Of a stretch of 64,000 bases of DNA, positions 1-10,774 are shown in pieces (the first letter of the stretch is position 1; every line of letters starts with the position of its first letter). The notes below the pieces were generated by a model. It was not told where the DNA came from, did not search any database, and was given only the letters and a program-made list of their open reading frames with translations. The stretch is from Lingula anatina (Eukaryota > Animalia > Brachiopoda). Location of the stretch: contig CM120640.1 of NCBI GenBank assembly GCA_051362555.1, forward strand, positions 42,324,788-42,388,787, given 5' to 3'. The position numbers were made by a program, and so were the translations under genes.

Positions 1-251
1 TACATGTTGATAAAAAGTCTAATGTAGGTTACTCAAATGTTTGCATCAGTGGACCCCTTACCAATCTTTTTCATATCTTCACTAACATACATACAGATTT
101 ACATTTTTTTTTAATTTGAGATCCAATACCTATTAGAATTCTCTCAGTTGGTTGAATTTCAGTCTTGCAGTTACATAAGCCTTAGCATAAAGACACAAAT
201 ATTGATCTTAATATCTATACATCAGTTGGCTCCAGATCTGAGAAGACTTAC

Positions 252-1809
252 CCTCTCCATTTCCAGGAATTCCTCATCAAGTTCTGTTCCTTTGGCACCA
301 CCAATTTTTTCACTCATAAACTAAAAGTAACAAAAGAACATTTCATTTTGACAACCTTTTCACTTCTGAAAATAAAAAAAAAAGAAAAAAACACATCATG
401 TAAATGCTTCCCTCTACCTCTAGAGAGATTCACAAAAGCAAGACAAAATGCAAGCTAAGAATCCCAGAGACAATATATCATTATATGTAGGAGAAAAGGG
501 CAGAAGAAGAGGGTTTGTGTAATATTGTTTGTCCACTTATATCTGTAACACTTCAATTTTTCAATGAAAATATGTAAATTTCTCAATATATCAAAAAGAA
601 ATTATACAACTGCTTTAAATATACTACGCAATAACAGTGGAAAAGGGGAATGTAAATCTCTACCTCTGTGAACATCAGAAGTTCATGAAGTATCTTGAAC
701 CTCAGGCAATTCTAATAAAGCTCACATATATGAATAATGATAAAGAATCAAACTAAAATAAATCATTAATCCAGAGTGAAAAGATAGCAAGGTCTAAACC
801 AAAGTTAATTCTAGGTCTGACCTCCTGATAAGAAAGATCTTCAGCATGTTGTAACCTTAAGTAATACTATATGACAGCTATTCTAGTTTACAACATATTT
901 ATTGAAAGATAAATTCAAATTTAGAGACTTCCAAAGGATATTCCCTAATTGCAAATAATTGTTGAAGTGTCCAGTGTTTTTAAATGATTCACAAACCAGT
1001 TAAATGTCAGAATTGTAGTTTATTCAATTAGTTGTACCTGATTTATCTAAAAAGAAATAAAATCTACCAGCCAAGCGAAATATGGTCAAGAAAAAAAAAA
1101 GTTAAAACCTTGTATGAAATTTAATACTGTCATACTTAATATTTCATAATGAAACTAATAATAACTTATAAAATTGAGTTTTAAGAAATTGTAATAATAA
1201 AGTGACTAAAAATAGGACTTTAAGACTTTATGTAGAGCTATGCTGACATACTTCTCAGTTTAAAATTTTCTTTGCTGTTATAATACTTTAAGTTGGTTTC
1301 ATCATAACAACATAAAAAAAAAATCAAAGAGTTTTTGAATGTAAATCTGAACTTCTATCCCTTCAAATTATTGTAACACTAAAAGTTAAGAAAGGAAAAG
1401 GTCTTCACAACTACTTATAACATTGGTCTTAAAGACACATTGTGGTTTTCAAAAAGAAACACTTGACGTCCTTCTAAAAACGATGTAGTCATTCGATAAT
1501 ATTAGTGTAATGATTCATTGGGATTAACCTGCAAATTTCTCTTTCACCCTTACTACAATTCCAAAGATTAAAATAAACTTAACCTTCATAAGGCTACTTT
1601 ACTCCACCAAAATGTCATATCAAACCAAAAAGAGGGTTACATTCGTTTGAAGTGTCTTTCCTAAAGATAATGAGGTAAATCACGCCCCTTTATTTTTAAA
1701 CAAAATAACCCCTTTTAATATAAAACTTTACTCTCATTTCAAATAGATTGTAAATGTAACCAACCTGGTTAGCCTTGTTGAACTGCTTTCTTAAGCCCGC
1801 TAGAGACAT
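252..1809 (-). CDS. SH3GL: Endophilin A (N-BAR/SH3), 5' partial: coding exons 1 and 2; gene continues beyond the left edge
   Basis: Exon 1 1809-1765 = MSLAGLRKQFNKANQ then GT donor; exon 2 320-252 (tttag acceptor, gtaagt donor) = FMSEKIGGAKGTELDEEFLEMER. Matches the recalled endophilin A N-terminus ([38 protein letters not shown]). Not in the ORF track. Confidence 0.93.
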
Positions 1810-2328
1810 CTTGAAAGTTGGAGTCTCTCTTGTTTAGAAAATATTTCAAAAATTAGGGACGCTGGAACTGTTATTTCACAATCCTGTCATTAGCGTGCTT
1901 TGTTGTCAAACTCTCCTCTTCCTTACGCTGACCTGATGTAGTTATCCCGCAGCAAGCAATTGGGTAATATTGTGATTGGTATTCGTATTATGTGCTATTT
2001 TATGCAAGTGGCGTGTTTATCTTGCAGCGTATTTTTATGGTTTAGATTTTGTCGCCTTTTTGTAGAAAATGTGGAAATTCAGATAAAAAAAATCGTCAAG
2101 CATGATGATGTGCCTCGCTATGAATATCAGTTAAGTTTTCATGCAAGCCACGATGGCGCTTAGCGATATTGAAAACGAGACATACATAGGGAGATTAAAC
2201 TGTGGGCTTGTCATCGCGCGAGATTTTTCGTGGTGAGTCGGCGGGAAATATTGACTAGCAGGTAAAATTGTCAGCTGAAAAAAATATACAGAACATCGTC
2301 GTTGGAATTATTCTTAGAATCTTATTCA
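1810..2328. promoter_or_regulatory. Bidirectional promoter region of endophilin A / CHAF1A
   Basis: 519 bp between divergent ATGs; locally CpG-rich; E2F-type GGCGGGAAA at 2240-2248; ATTGG (CCAAT) boxes near 1959 and 1975. Confidence 0.7.
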
Positions 2329-2578
2329 ATGATCGCAGAGTGTATTGAAGTACCAGACATGGATGCTCCCACAGAAAATGGCAAGTAAAATATTTAATTA
2401 CTTACGAATTTGAAGGCAAGTATTGACACCGACGTTTTGGTTTGGCGCTCAAACAAGCTATTTAATCGTGGTGGAGATAATGAAAATAGTTTACGTCGCC
2501 TTGATAAGTTGATGACTCTGGTAGAAAATCAGACAAGTCAAATGTATGTTTCATGTGCGACATTAGATGCCTTAAGGC

Positions 2579-2610
<32 letters not shown>

Positions 2611-5600
2611 TTTTTAAAAATGTGTAGGCTGGAGGCAAGTGTATTTTAACATGACTTAGTGCTATCCGCAATGCTAGTTATTCTAGCTGTATTGGGAATG
2701 AAGATTGAGAGTGAAATTGAAAATGAAAAAATACAGTTTTGAGGTAAAATCCTTAAGTGGATGTGACGTGAGACAATTTTATACACAAAGCTGCTCATAT
2801 TAATGCATGTATTCATATTTTAAGGCCATATCTATAAATGAAAATTTACACCTGCTCAGCTCCAAGTTTCAGGGCACTGAACATTCGTGTATTTGGTTCT
2901 AAAAAGCTGTCACTTAAGAAAATTCTACATATACTTTTTATTTCAGCAGGTAAAACTACTCTGCAGTGTCCCCCATCAAAGAAACTCAAACAAGGTATAG
3001 AAATCAAATTCAACTTATTTCTTGTTTTATAATTTGAATACTTGGGAGATTGTCTAAACTATATATATATATATTGATAATGATAATTTTTGATTTCATT
3101 ATATTTCATTATTGGCACATGTATCTCTTTGGTTTGTAGTCTAAACAAAAAAGTTTCTTGTCTTATTGTCTACCAGGCTTGAGTAAAAGCTGAAAATGAC
3201 AAGACTTGATTGATTTTAATTTTTATTATTTTTTCCACTTAAAAAGCTCGCCTGCCATTTAAGATGCTGGTCTCTAAGACAACTCTCAACCCTCCCACAG
3301 CCAGCATAGGAAAGAAAAGAAAACTCTCTGATCAAGAAGTCCCATTGTCAAAGCTCCCTAAGTCAGTAAAAACTGATGAAAAGAAGTCAAAAAACAAAGA
3401 AACCAGCCACATTGCAACAGAAGAAAATGAAGTCAGTTCAAGTTCTGAGACCGAAAAACACTACGAGGCAGAACACTCTGAAATCAAATTAAGTAAAAAT
3501 AATAAGTCTGGTTTGATTGAGACCTTTTTCAATAAATGCCAGACAAAAAATGACATTGTGCACTCTACCAGTGATGTAGTGGATTTGTCAGGGCCTGAAG
3601 AAAAGGCGTGTAATGTCAACTACAAGGCTGGTACGCATGATGACTTAGCTACACAACTTAAGAATCCTGAAGAGAAAGAAAATGTCAATGAGAATGCAGT
3701 AAAAAGTGCAGCAGAATTCCAAGACACCAATGAGATAAATGAAACGGGTGTTTTAACAACTCTTAATTCCAAGAGTGCAATGAAGAATTTGGATTCACAG
3801 GAGGAATCTAAAACCCTTGCAACTGAAGGAGCTGTAGAGTCCCCTGAGAACAGTCTTAGCAAGCCAGCCACTGCCAGCACCTCTGTAATGTCCAGTCCAG
3901 TAACACCAGTGTCCAGTAGGAATCTGACCCCAGTCAATCCAGCCACTCCACTGGGTTCAGTAACCCCTGTGTCCAGTAAGAAGGTAACACCTGGTATAAC
4001 CAGTCCAGCCCTGACCAGTCCAGACAGCAGTGGGGCATTGGACCACTCTTTTACTGCTAGTACACCAGGATCTGCTCCACCTAAAAGAAATGTATGGAAT
4101 ATTAAATTTTTTTCCATTGTTTCTTTGCATATCTTACCATACTTTTTTAAATTGCCGTCATTTCCATATGCTTTAGATAAGGCAAACATGTATTTAATGA
4201 ACATTGCATTATGAAATATGTTTAAATGCAAGTGTTTTGACACTAACTGGTTGAAAACAATTTGAGCATTGGATTTCTCTTTCGTAGGTATCATCTACCA
4301 AAAAAGCAGAAAGAGAAGCTGAAAGGAAAAGAAAGCAAGAAGAAAGGGTAACTTGCACCATACTGATCCTAAAACTTTAGAAATAACAATATTATGACAT
4401 ATTCTTTTAAAAAGGACATCATTTAAATTGTAAAAGTCCTAAAGCTTGACTGTATGTGATAAAGATGTGTGGCTCTGCGCTGATATGTTATACAAAACTA
4501 TTCATTGAACAATATTGGTTTATTTGATCTAGGAACTGGAGCGTCAGCAGAAACTGAAGCAGAAAGAAGAGGAAAAAGCAGAGAAGGAAAGAATAAAGAA
4601 GGAAGAAAAGGTAATTTGAAAAGACAGTTGGTTCTTGGTGAAAGTTCACTGTAAGTCTGTTTTTATTTTCCAGATTGGGTTATTAACTACTCTTGAGCTT
4701 TTTCTATGGAACCACAGAATCTCATGTTTTAAATTCATTATTGATGGGTCCTGAGATTTGTTAAGATTAAGTGCCTGGCCTTAAAATGTTCAGAGATTGA
4801 AAAAAAAAGGCTCCTGTTTCATTAATAAAAATAGATTTGCAGTGTATATTGTATGTGATAAACCTTTATTTTTTAGGAAAAGAAAGAAGCTGAAAAGGAA
4901 GAAGCTAGATTAAAGAAAGAAAAAGAAAAAATGGAAAAGAAAGAGCAACAAGAAAAAGAAAAAATGGAAAAACTCAAGCAAAAAGAAGAAGAAAAAAAGA
5001 GGAAGCAAGAAATAATTGAGTATGTTTTAGAAAGGTTAATTATTGATTTTGCAGTTAAATTTAATGTTGTTTTGTGTTGGATGCTGGGCCATTAAACTTT
5101 TAGTGAACTTTTCATAATGTATTTTGACAGTGCAAAAAATGAAGAGAAAAGACTGAAGGAAGAGGAAAAAAGGAAAAAAGAGGAAGATAAGCTAAAGGAA
5201 GAAGAAGAAAAGGTGATAAAACTAATCTTAACAATTATTTAGTAATCTAAGATTAATTCTGGTGGTGATATATTTTAAAAGGTATTTTCCACACCATGTT
5301 TATTTAAAATTGTAAAATTGAAAGTTTTTTTCTTGCTTAACCTCATTAACCATAGACTTGTTGAACTTATTTTTTATTCAAATGCTTTTAATACTTGCAG
5401 AAAAGAAAAAAACAGAAGGAACAAAATTTTCTACAAAGTTTCTTCATCAAATCGACTAAAACTGCTCAAGTAGAAAAGGTAAGATACTTGTCAGTCATTT
5501 TTCATTGTACAGAACGTGCTGATAAGAAATGTTTAACTGCAATAAGTAATGTATCACACGTTTTGTCTTTACCTGCCTTCATATGGTTTGTTTAGTACCA

Positions 5601-5782
5601 ATAGACCTTGTCTTAGTTAAGCAAACTGATATCTCCCAGTGCACGGTTTTCTTTTCCAGCCAGAGAATGTGAATGCAGGTCCTTTTATGCAGTTCGAAGT
5701 GAAGAAGGAAATGCGTCTAGCACCAACCATAAGGAGGGAACCAATAGATATAAGTTTTGTTGATGACCTTATGACAAAACAG

Positions 5783-5826
<44 letters not shown>

Positions 5827-6193
5827 TTTGTCTTAAGAAGTCCAGCACATGCGCACATGTTTTAGTAATTTGACAATTTTAATTTTGTTTTAAAATGCAC
5901 TTGGTATTATTGCCTTGAATATTGAATTACTTGGATATTTCAATTTTTGTTCCAGAATTGCGAGAAACTTTACCTGATTGAACTGAGAGAAGGAAAAACT
6001 AAAGGCACTTCTGAGCAAACTTGGCCCATGTAAGGCTTATAATGTTAAATAATGATTTGAATGATTAGAGTGAGGGCGAAATTTTGTAGGTAGAACATTC
6101 TCAAGTGATTGGTTGTTTTAAAACCAAATTCAGATTTTGAAAAATTATGAAGCACTATACATGTATTTTATGTGTGGCATCTTGGAATGTCAT

Positions 6194-6244
<51 letters not shown>

Positions 6245-9200
6245 CCAGAGAAAACAAGGAAGAAGATGCAGTTGAGGTAATAGAGGCAGAGGGTGGGGGA
6301 GAGGTCATCAAGAAAAGATTTATGAAGGCAAAGTTCTTGAAGTTTGCTGAGAATACACGTCCAGCTTTTTATGGTACCTGGAGAAAGAAAAGCACCAAAC
6401 TGTCAGCTAAAAATCCTTTTAAAACTGATGAGGTGAGTGCTATTGCTGCATGAAAATTTTTTTCTAATATTTCAATATTTTGGAGGCTAGCAACTCCAAA
6501 AGGGGAGACATTTGCCACATAGAAAGGCATAAAATTAGTTTTAAAATATTGGGAGGACCCTTGTCAATTGAAATTGTACTTAATTCTTTCCGTCCTGATA
6601 CTGAATTTATGCACTTTTTGGGGCACTTTCCATTACACACAGACCAACCAACACCAATTAAAATTACTTTGCTGGGCAAAGGTAAATAGCTGTTATGTAT
6701 TTAAATGTTCTAATTTTGAGCTCAGACATCAATTATACTTTGATGCGAAACTTTCATTATCTTTTATTTCATTGTGCTGGAACTAATATGCCATGTGTAC
6801 ACTATAATATTCAGTAGCAATGGTCTTTATTCTTATTACTATGGGAATGATGTAAGTGACATCGTTTATATTTTCCAGGACCTGTTTGATTATGAAATTG
6901 ACAGTGATGAAGAATGGGAGGAAGAGGAGCCAGGAGAGAGTCTCTCTCACTCTGAGGTGAATTACAAGTACCATTACACATCATCTAGGAAAGATTCATG
7001 TAAAAAGCTGTCAAGCTTTCATTTTTCAGCATAACAAAATTCTCCTGTGTTCCAGCCAACTTGTAGTTTATGCTGTGTGGTTACAATGCTAAATCATGGG
7101 GCAAACTGTTGCAAAGTAACATTTCTATATAAATGATTAATTATTGAATTTTTTTCATAGAGACCTTCTTAACTTTTTGATATATTCTTGTGATGCAGGG
7201 AGAAGATGAGGATGGGGATGCAAATGGTGGTGATGAGGAGGAAGAGGATGGATTTTTTGTACCCCATGGCTATCTCTCCGAGGATGAGGGTTGTGAGGAA
7301 GATGAGGAGGTGAGCATGCTATGCTTTTATGATTGTAATGTAAACAGAATAGACAGTTTGAATATGATAATCTTTATGATTTTTAGTATATCATGTTTAC
7401 AACATTTAAGCTGTTTCAAACATTTGGTATCTGTCATACTTAAATACCTTTTAAAATTGTAAAATTGATCTAGCATGGTGTATTTGGAGTTGGATGAAGG
7501 TAATAGTACAAAACTATTGTTTATTTGATACATACATGTTTCTTATTTCATTCAGTGTTTCAAAATCAAGGTCATTTTAATATTACTTTTTCTTTAAGCA
7601 TGTCAGCCAGTGTCATGCAGTACTATTGTTGCTTCAGTATGCACTTAATATTAACTGTGCATTGTTCATGAATGTCCCAAGAGACTTATGGGGATATGTG
7701 ATAAGTATTCCTGGCAATTGAACTTTTTCTGCACTTACTTATATTCAGGTCACATTTATTTGAAACTTTCAGCTAACTCCTGAAAAGATGAAGGCTCGTC
7801 AGTTAGCCAAGGCAGAGCAGTGGGAGTCTCAGATGAAGGAGAAATGTAAAGTTTTGAAGCCAGTGTGCATAGGCTGTGTCTGGAGTGGAGAAAATAACAG
7901 TGAAGAATTGCTGAAAACACTGCTGAAGTATCAGGTAGAAATACAAAACTCCTAGAATTCAAAAATAATTTTGGTGTTTATCATTTGAGCAGCACTTGTT
8001 TTTGGATCACAGTTTACATGTAATTGTGGAACGTTAAACACCGTAATGAGTTCAAAGTGCAAAATAAGGGTTTGAATAGAATTGGAAAGTTTTTGTCCTA
8101 ATACAAGTTGATAATGTCTGCAGGTGGCAGCGCTGGTGAGCTCTCCAATCCACACTACCTTCAGCAAGAAGCCTGAAGAAAGCCACACTCCTGGTACAGA
8201 GAAGAAAAGCAGTTCTGCTTCCAAAAACAAGAACAATCATGTTCTTAAAAGACCAGTGCCTGAAGAAGGTAATATAAAATTTTATTTTTGAATACTTTTC
8301 AGTGCATGCCATCTGACTTAAGTATAAGAAATGTTTGTCATTCAAGTTTGCGTAACATTTTATATTAAATTCACAAACTCGTATTTAACTGTTTTGGTTG
8401 TTGATGCAAGTGTGTAAGCACTCCAAGATACCTTGAATTTCGTATGAAATGTATGAGTGTTGTAAAATTTTTACCATCATTTCAGCCATGCCAGATCTGA
8501 TTAGGCTAGTTCATGGGAATGTGCACAGCATTCAGAAACTCATACCTGAATTCAAGCAGTTTTGGCAGGTGAAGTGTCAGCAGTCCCAATCAGAAGAGAA
8601 TGTCAAGGCAAAGGAGGGGGAAACAGATAAAGATAATACTGAGGACATGGAGGTTGAGCAGCCAAAGAAAACTGAGGAAAGTCCAAATGCAAAGAATGGC
8701 TTTATTTCAAAGCGTCAGTTGGATATCAAGATCAGGGAAATTGCAGATTACAAAAAACGGGAAGGTTTCAAGAAAAAATGCTGGTACGTCAATCAAGCTC
8801 TCCTAGAAAAGTACAAACTGATGAGCTTGCCAGTACCATGTGAATGGGAGTATCTTATCAAACTGAATAAGAAAGAGGCAGCAGAGGAGAAGGAGCCTGG
8901 ACAGGTCATGACTCCAGGAGGTATAGCCCAGTTCACTGTTGCTGTATCACCAGGTGAGGCGCTTCACACAGCAACAAACCCTAGAGGCTCTCCTTGCACC
9001 CCTGGCATGGACTCGCTACCATTGGCAAAATTGTCACCTGTATCTCCTCTCCTTTCCTCTGAAGCCACATCTCAATGCCTGAAAGGAGGGTTAAATACCA
9101 ATGATGTTTTGGTCCCTGCCAACTCGTTGTCTACTCCAGAAAGAACACATGGCAATTCTAGGTTTGCTAACACAGCTTCTACACCTGTCGGTCAATGTGG

Positions 9201-9546
9201 AATAGCCAAGACTGCCACTCAGGAGAAAAGAGCAGATTTGACGCCAAATAACACAAGTATTTCTACCCCAGCCAATAAGTCTTCAGAGCCGAGGATGAAG
9301 ACGACCCCACATCGATCCATTACAGATTTCATGAAAGCCGTCTCCCCTTCTGTACTCTTCGAGAGGAACAAAGGCAATATTGAAAGTGCTAATAATCAAG
9401 CTGCTGCTACACACATGGGAAGTTCTACCGTTCAACAAGATGAGGTCCAACCTATGGATGTAGATCTCCCCAGCAATACTGTGGCAGTTCCCAAGGAAGA
9501 GGATGATATTATGATAATAGACGAGGTGCTCCCAGGGAAAAGCTAG
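2329..9546 (+). CDS. CHAF1A: Chromatin assembly factor 1 subunit A (CAF-1 p150), 16 exons, about 1106 aa
   Basis: Phase-consistent exons: 2329-2380, 2950-2994, 3247-4091, 4288-4347, 4533-4610, 4877-5019, 5131-5212, 5401-5478, 5660-5782, 5956-6029, 6249-6432, 6879-6956, 7199-7309, 7773-7934, 8124-8268, 8486-9546. Spliced product has the N-terminal PIP box KKLKQARLPFK, the KER charged helix, KFLKFAENTRPAFYGTW, DYEIDSDEEWEEEEPGESLS, DGFFVPHGYLSEDEG and the winged-helix region (PDLIRLVHGN...SKRQLDIKIREIA...CWYV). Exon 1 is the least certain. Confidence 0.95.
2578..2610. repeat. (AAT)n microsatellite, CHAF1A intron 1
   Basis: Direct read; produces the spurious poly-N and poly-Y ORFs. Confidence 0.95.
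5786..5829. repeat. (TTTA)n microsatellite just after the CHAF1A exon 9 donor
   Basis: Direct read. Confidence 0.95.
6192..6244. repeat. (TTTA)n microsatellite just before the CHAF1A exon 11 acceptor
   Basis: Direct read; ends at tttaccag. Confidence 0.95.
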
Positions 9547-10401
9547 GCAAACGGGTTATGTCTAGTGCAAAGGATTAGAATGGACAATTCTTTAGTGTAG
9601 AGAATGATATTGAAAATATGTGTGTGGTAGAATAGATAAGGCTTTAGATTAGAATGTAGTATAAAGATTGACCCAGACTTAAGGACTAGATCAGTTAAGC
9701 TGTTGTTTATAAGTGACTTTGTAAAGTCCAACAGGAGTATATATGCCACAGTATGTACAGTAGTGTATCATATATAAGTAACTTTAATTTTTTTAAGTTT
9801 TCACATAGAATACAGCACAGTACATGAAGTAAAGCTTGTCCGTTTAATGATTAATTAAGCAGTGGACCACTGCGCACCAAATTTTAGATTTCCACACGTT
9901 CGTATCTTTGGCCTGTTTCAAATTGAGGGGTATACTAAACTGCGGGTCCACATAAGTACTACGTGTAATTTTTATTTATTTATTTATTTATTTATTATCA
10001 TACCTTTGTAAGTCAAAAGATTGTTACTTGGGGGCCCCTTGCATTTATGCAGTAGAGATATAATTTTTGTTATAATGATTTGTGGATAATTTCTTTTGAC
10101 TGCTTGAGAGAATGGATTCCATTCCATGACACAAAAACTAGCTTCAAGATTCTTTGTACTTGAATAATGTTTAAGCAATACCTCTTCATTGAAATTAAAC
10201 ATTTGTATGCTGCAAAAATGGATGAGAATCCCTTTGAAAAGTGGGTTTTGCCCATGTTTGTCAATTGTTTTACAAAGAAACCTGATCAGAACTCTTAAGA
10301 TTTTTCTCATAACTGAAAGTTTGTGCTGAGATAAATTACAACAGAGAACTGTGCAGTTTGTAATGATGAACAGTTGTACAAACTTGCAAAATTTGACACA
10401 T

Positions 10402-10407
10402 AATAAA
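10402..10407 (+). terminator. Candidate CHAF1A polyadenylation signal
   Basis: AATAAA about 860 nt after the stop, followed by a T-rich tract at about 10424-10445. Confidence 0.5.
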
Positions 10408-10525
10408 ATATCATAAACTGATATTTTTCCAGTTTTTTTCTTATTGCGATTTTATCCTTCATTACTTAAGCTGCCATGAGATTGATTTTTAAAATTACTT
10501 TATGAATCGCGATGCTTAAAACCTA

Positions 10526-10774
10526 AAGCCTAGATTACATTTGAAATGTGATGCCCGTACTCTCTTCTGATCCTCAAATCAAATTCGGTCCCTTGGTTTT
10601 TTGAATGGTGTCAGAGCGAAGGTAGACGGTGACCGTGCGAAATCACCCGGAATCGTACGAATTTGAGGCCGTGTAATGTAGACATACTCGGCGTAGACCG
10701 TAACTCCTTACGATTTCAAAAAAATCGTACGGACAATTTCATTGCACGGGCCCGCGTAAATGTAATCAAGGCTT
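10526..10774. mobile_element. Short non-autonomous DNA transposon (MITE) remnant, possibly PIF/Harbinger-like
   Basis: 17-bp inverted repeats with one mismatch: aagcctagattacattt (10526-10542) and aaatgtaatcaaggctt (10758-10774); CpG-rich interior; TSD not clean. Confidence 0.55.

Noticed and set aside
55-90. Possible minus-strand micro-exon (tag...TG|gtaag) in endophilin intron 2
   Set aside because: About 20 nt, frameshifting, and unlike the expected endophilin exon 3 sequence.
1960-2671. Short ORFs in the promoter and intron 1, including poly-N and poly-Y
   Set aside because: Non-ATG starts or microsatellite translation; no splice or homology support.
2995-3246. U12-type intron suggested by ttccacttaaaaag before the acceptor
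   Set aside because: The donor is gtatag, not GTATCCTT; treated as a U2 intron with a weak AAG acceptor.
3620-4294. 224-aa minus-strand ORF
   Set aside because: Antisense shadow of the low-complexity CHAF1A exon 3; no recognisable domain.
9861-9951. gtggacc...ggtccac inverted repeat
   Set aside because: Only 7 bp with no TSD; expected by chance.
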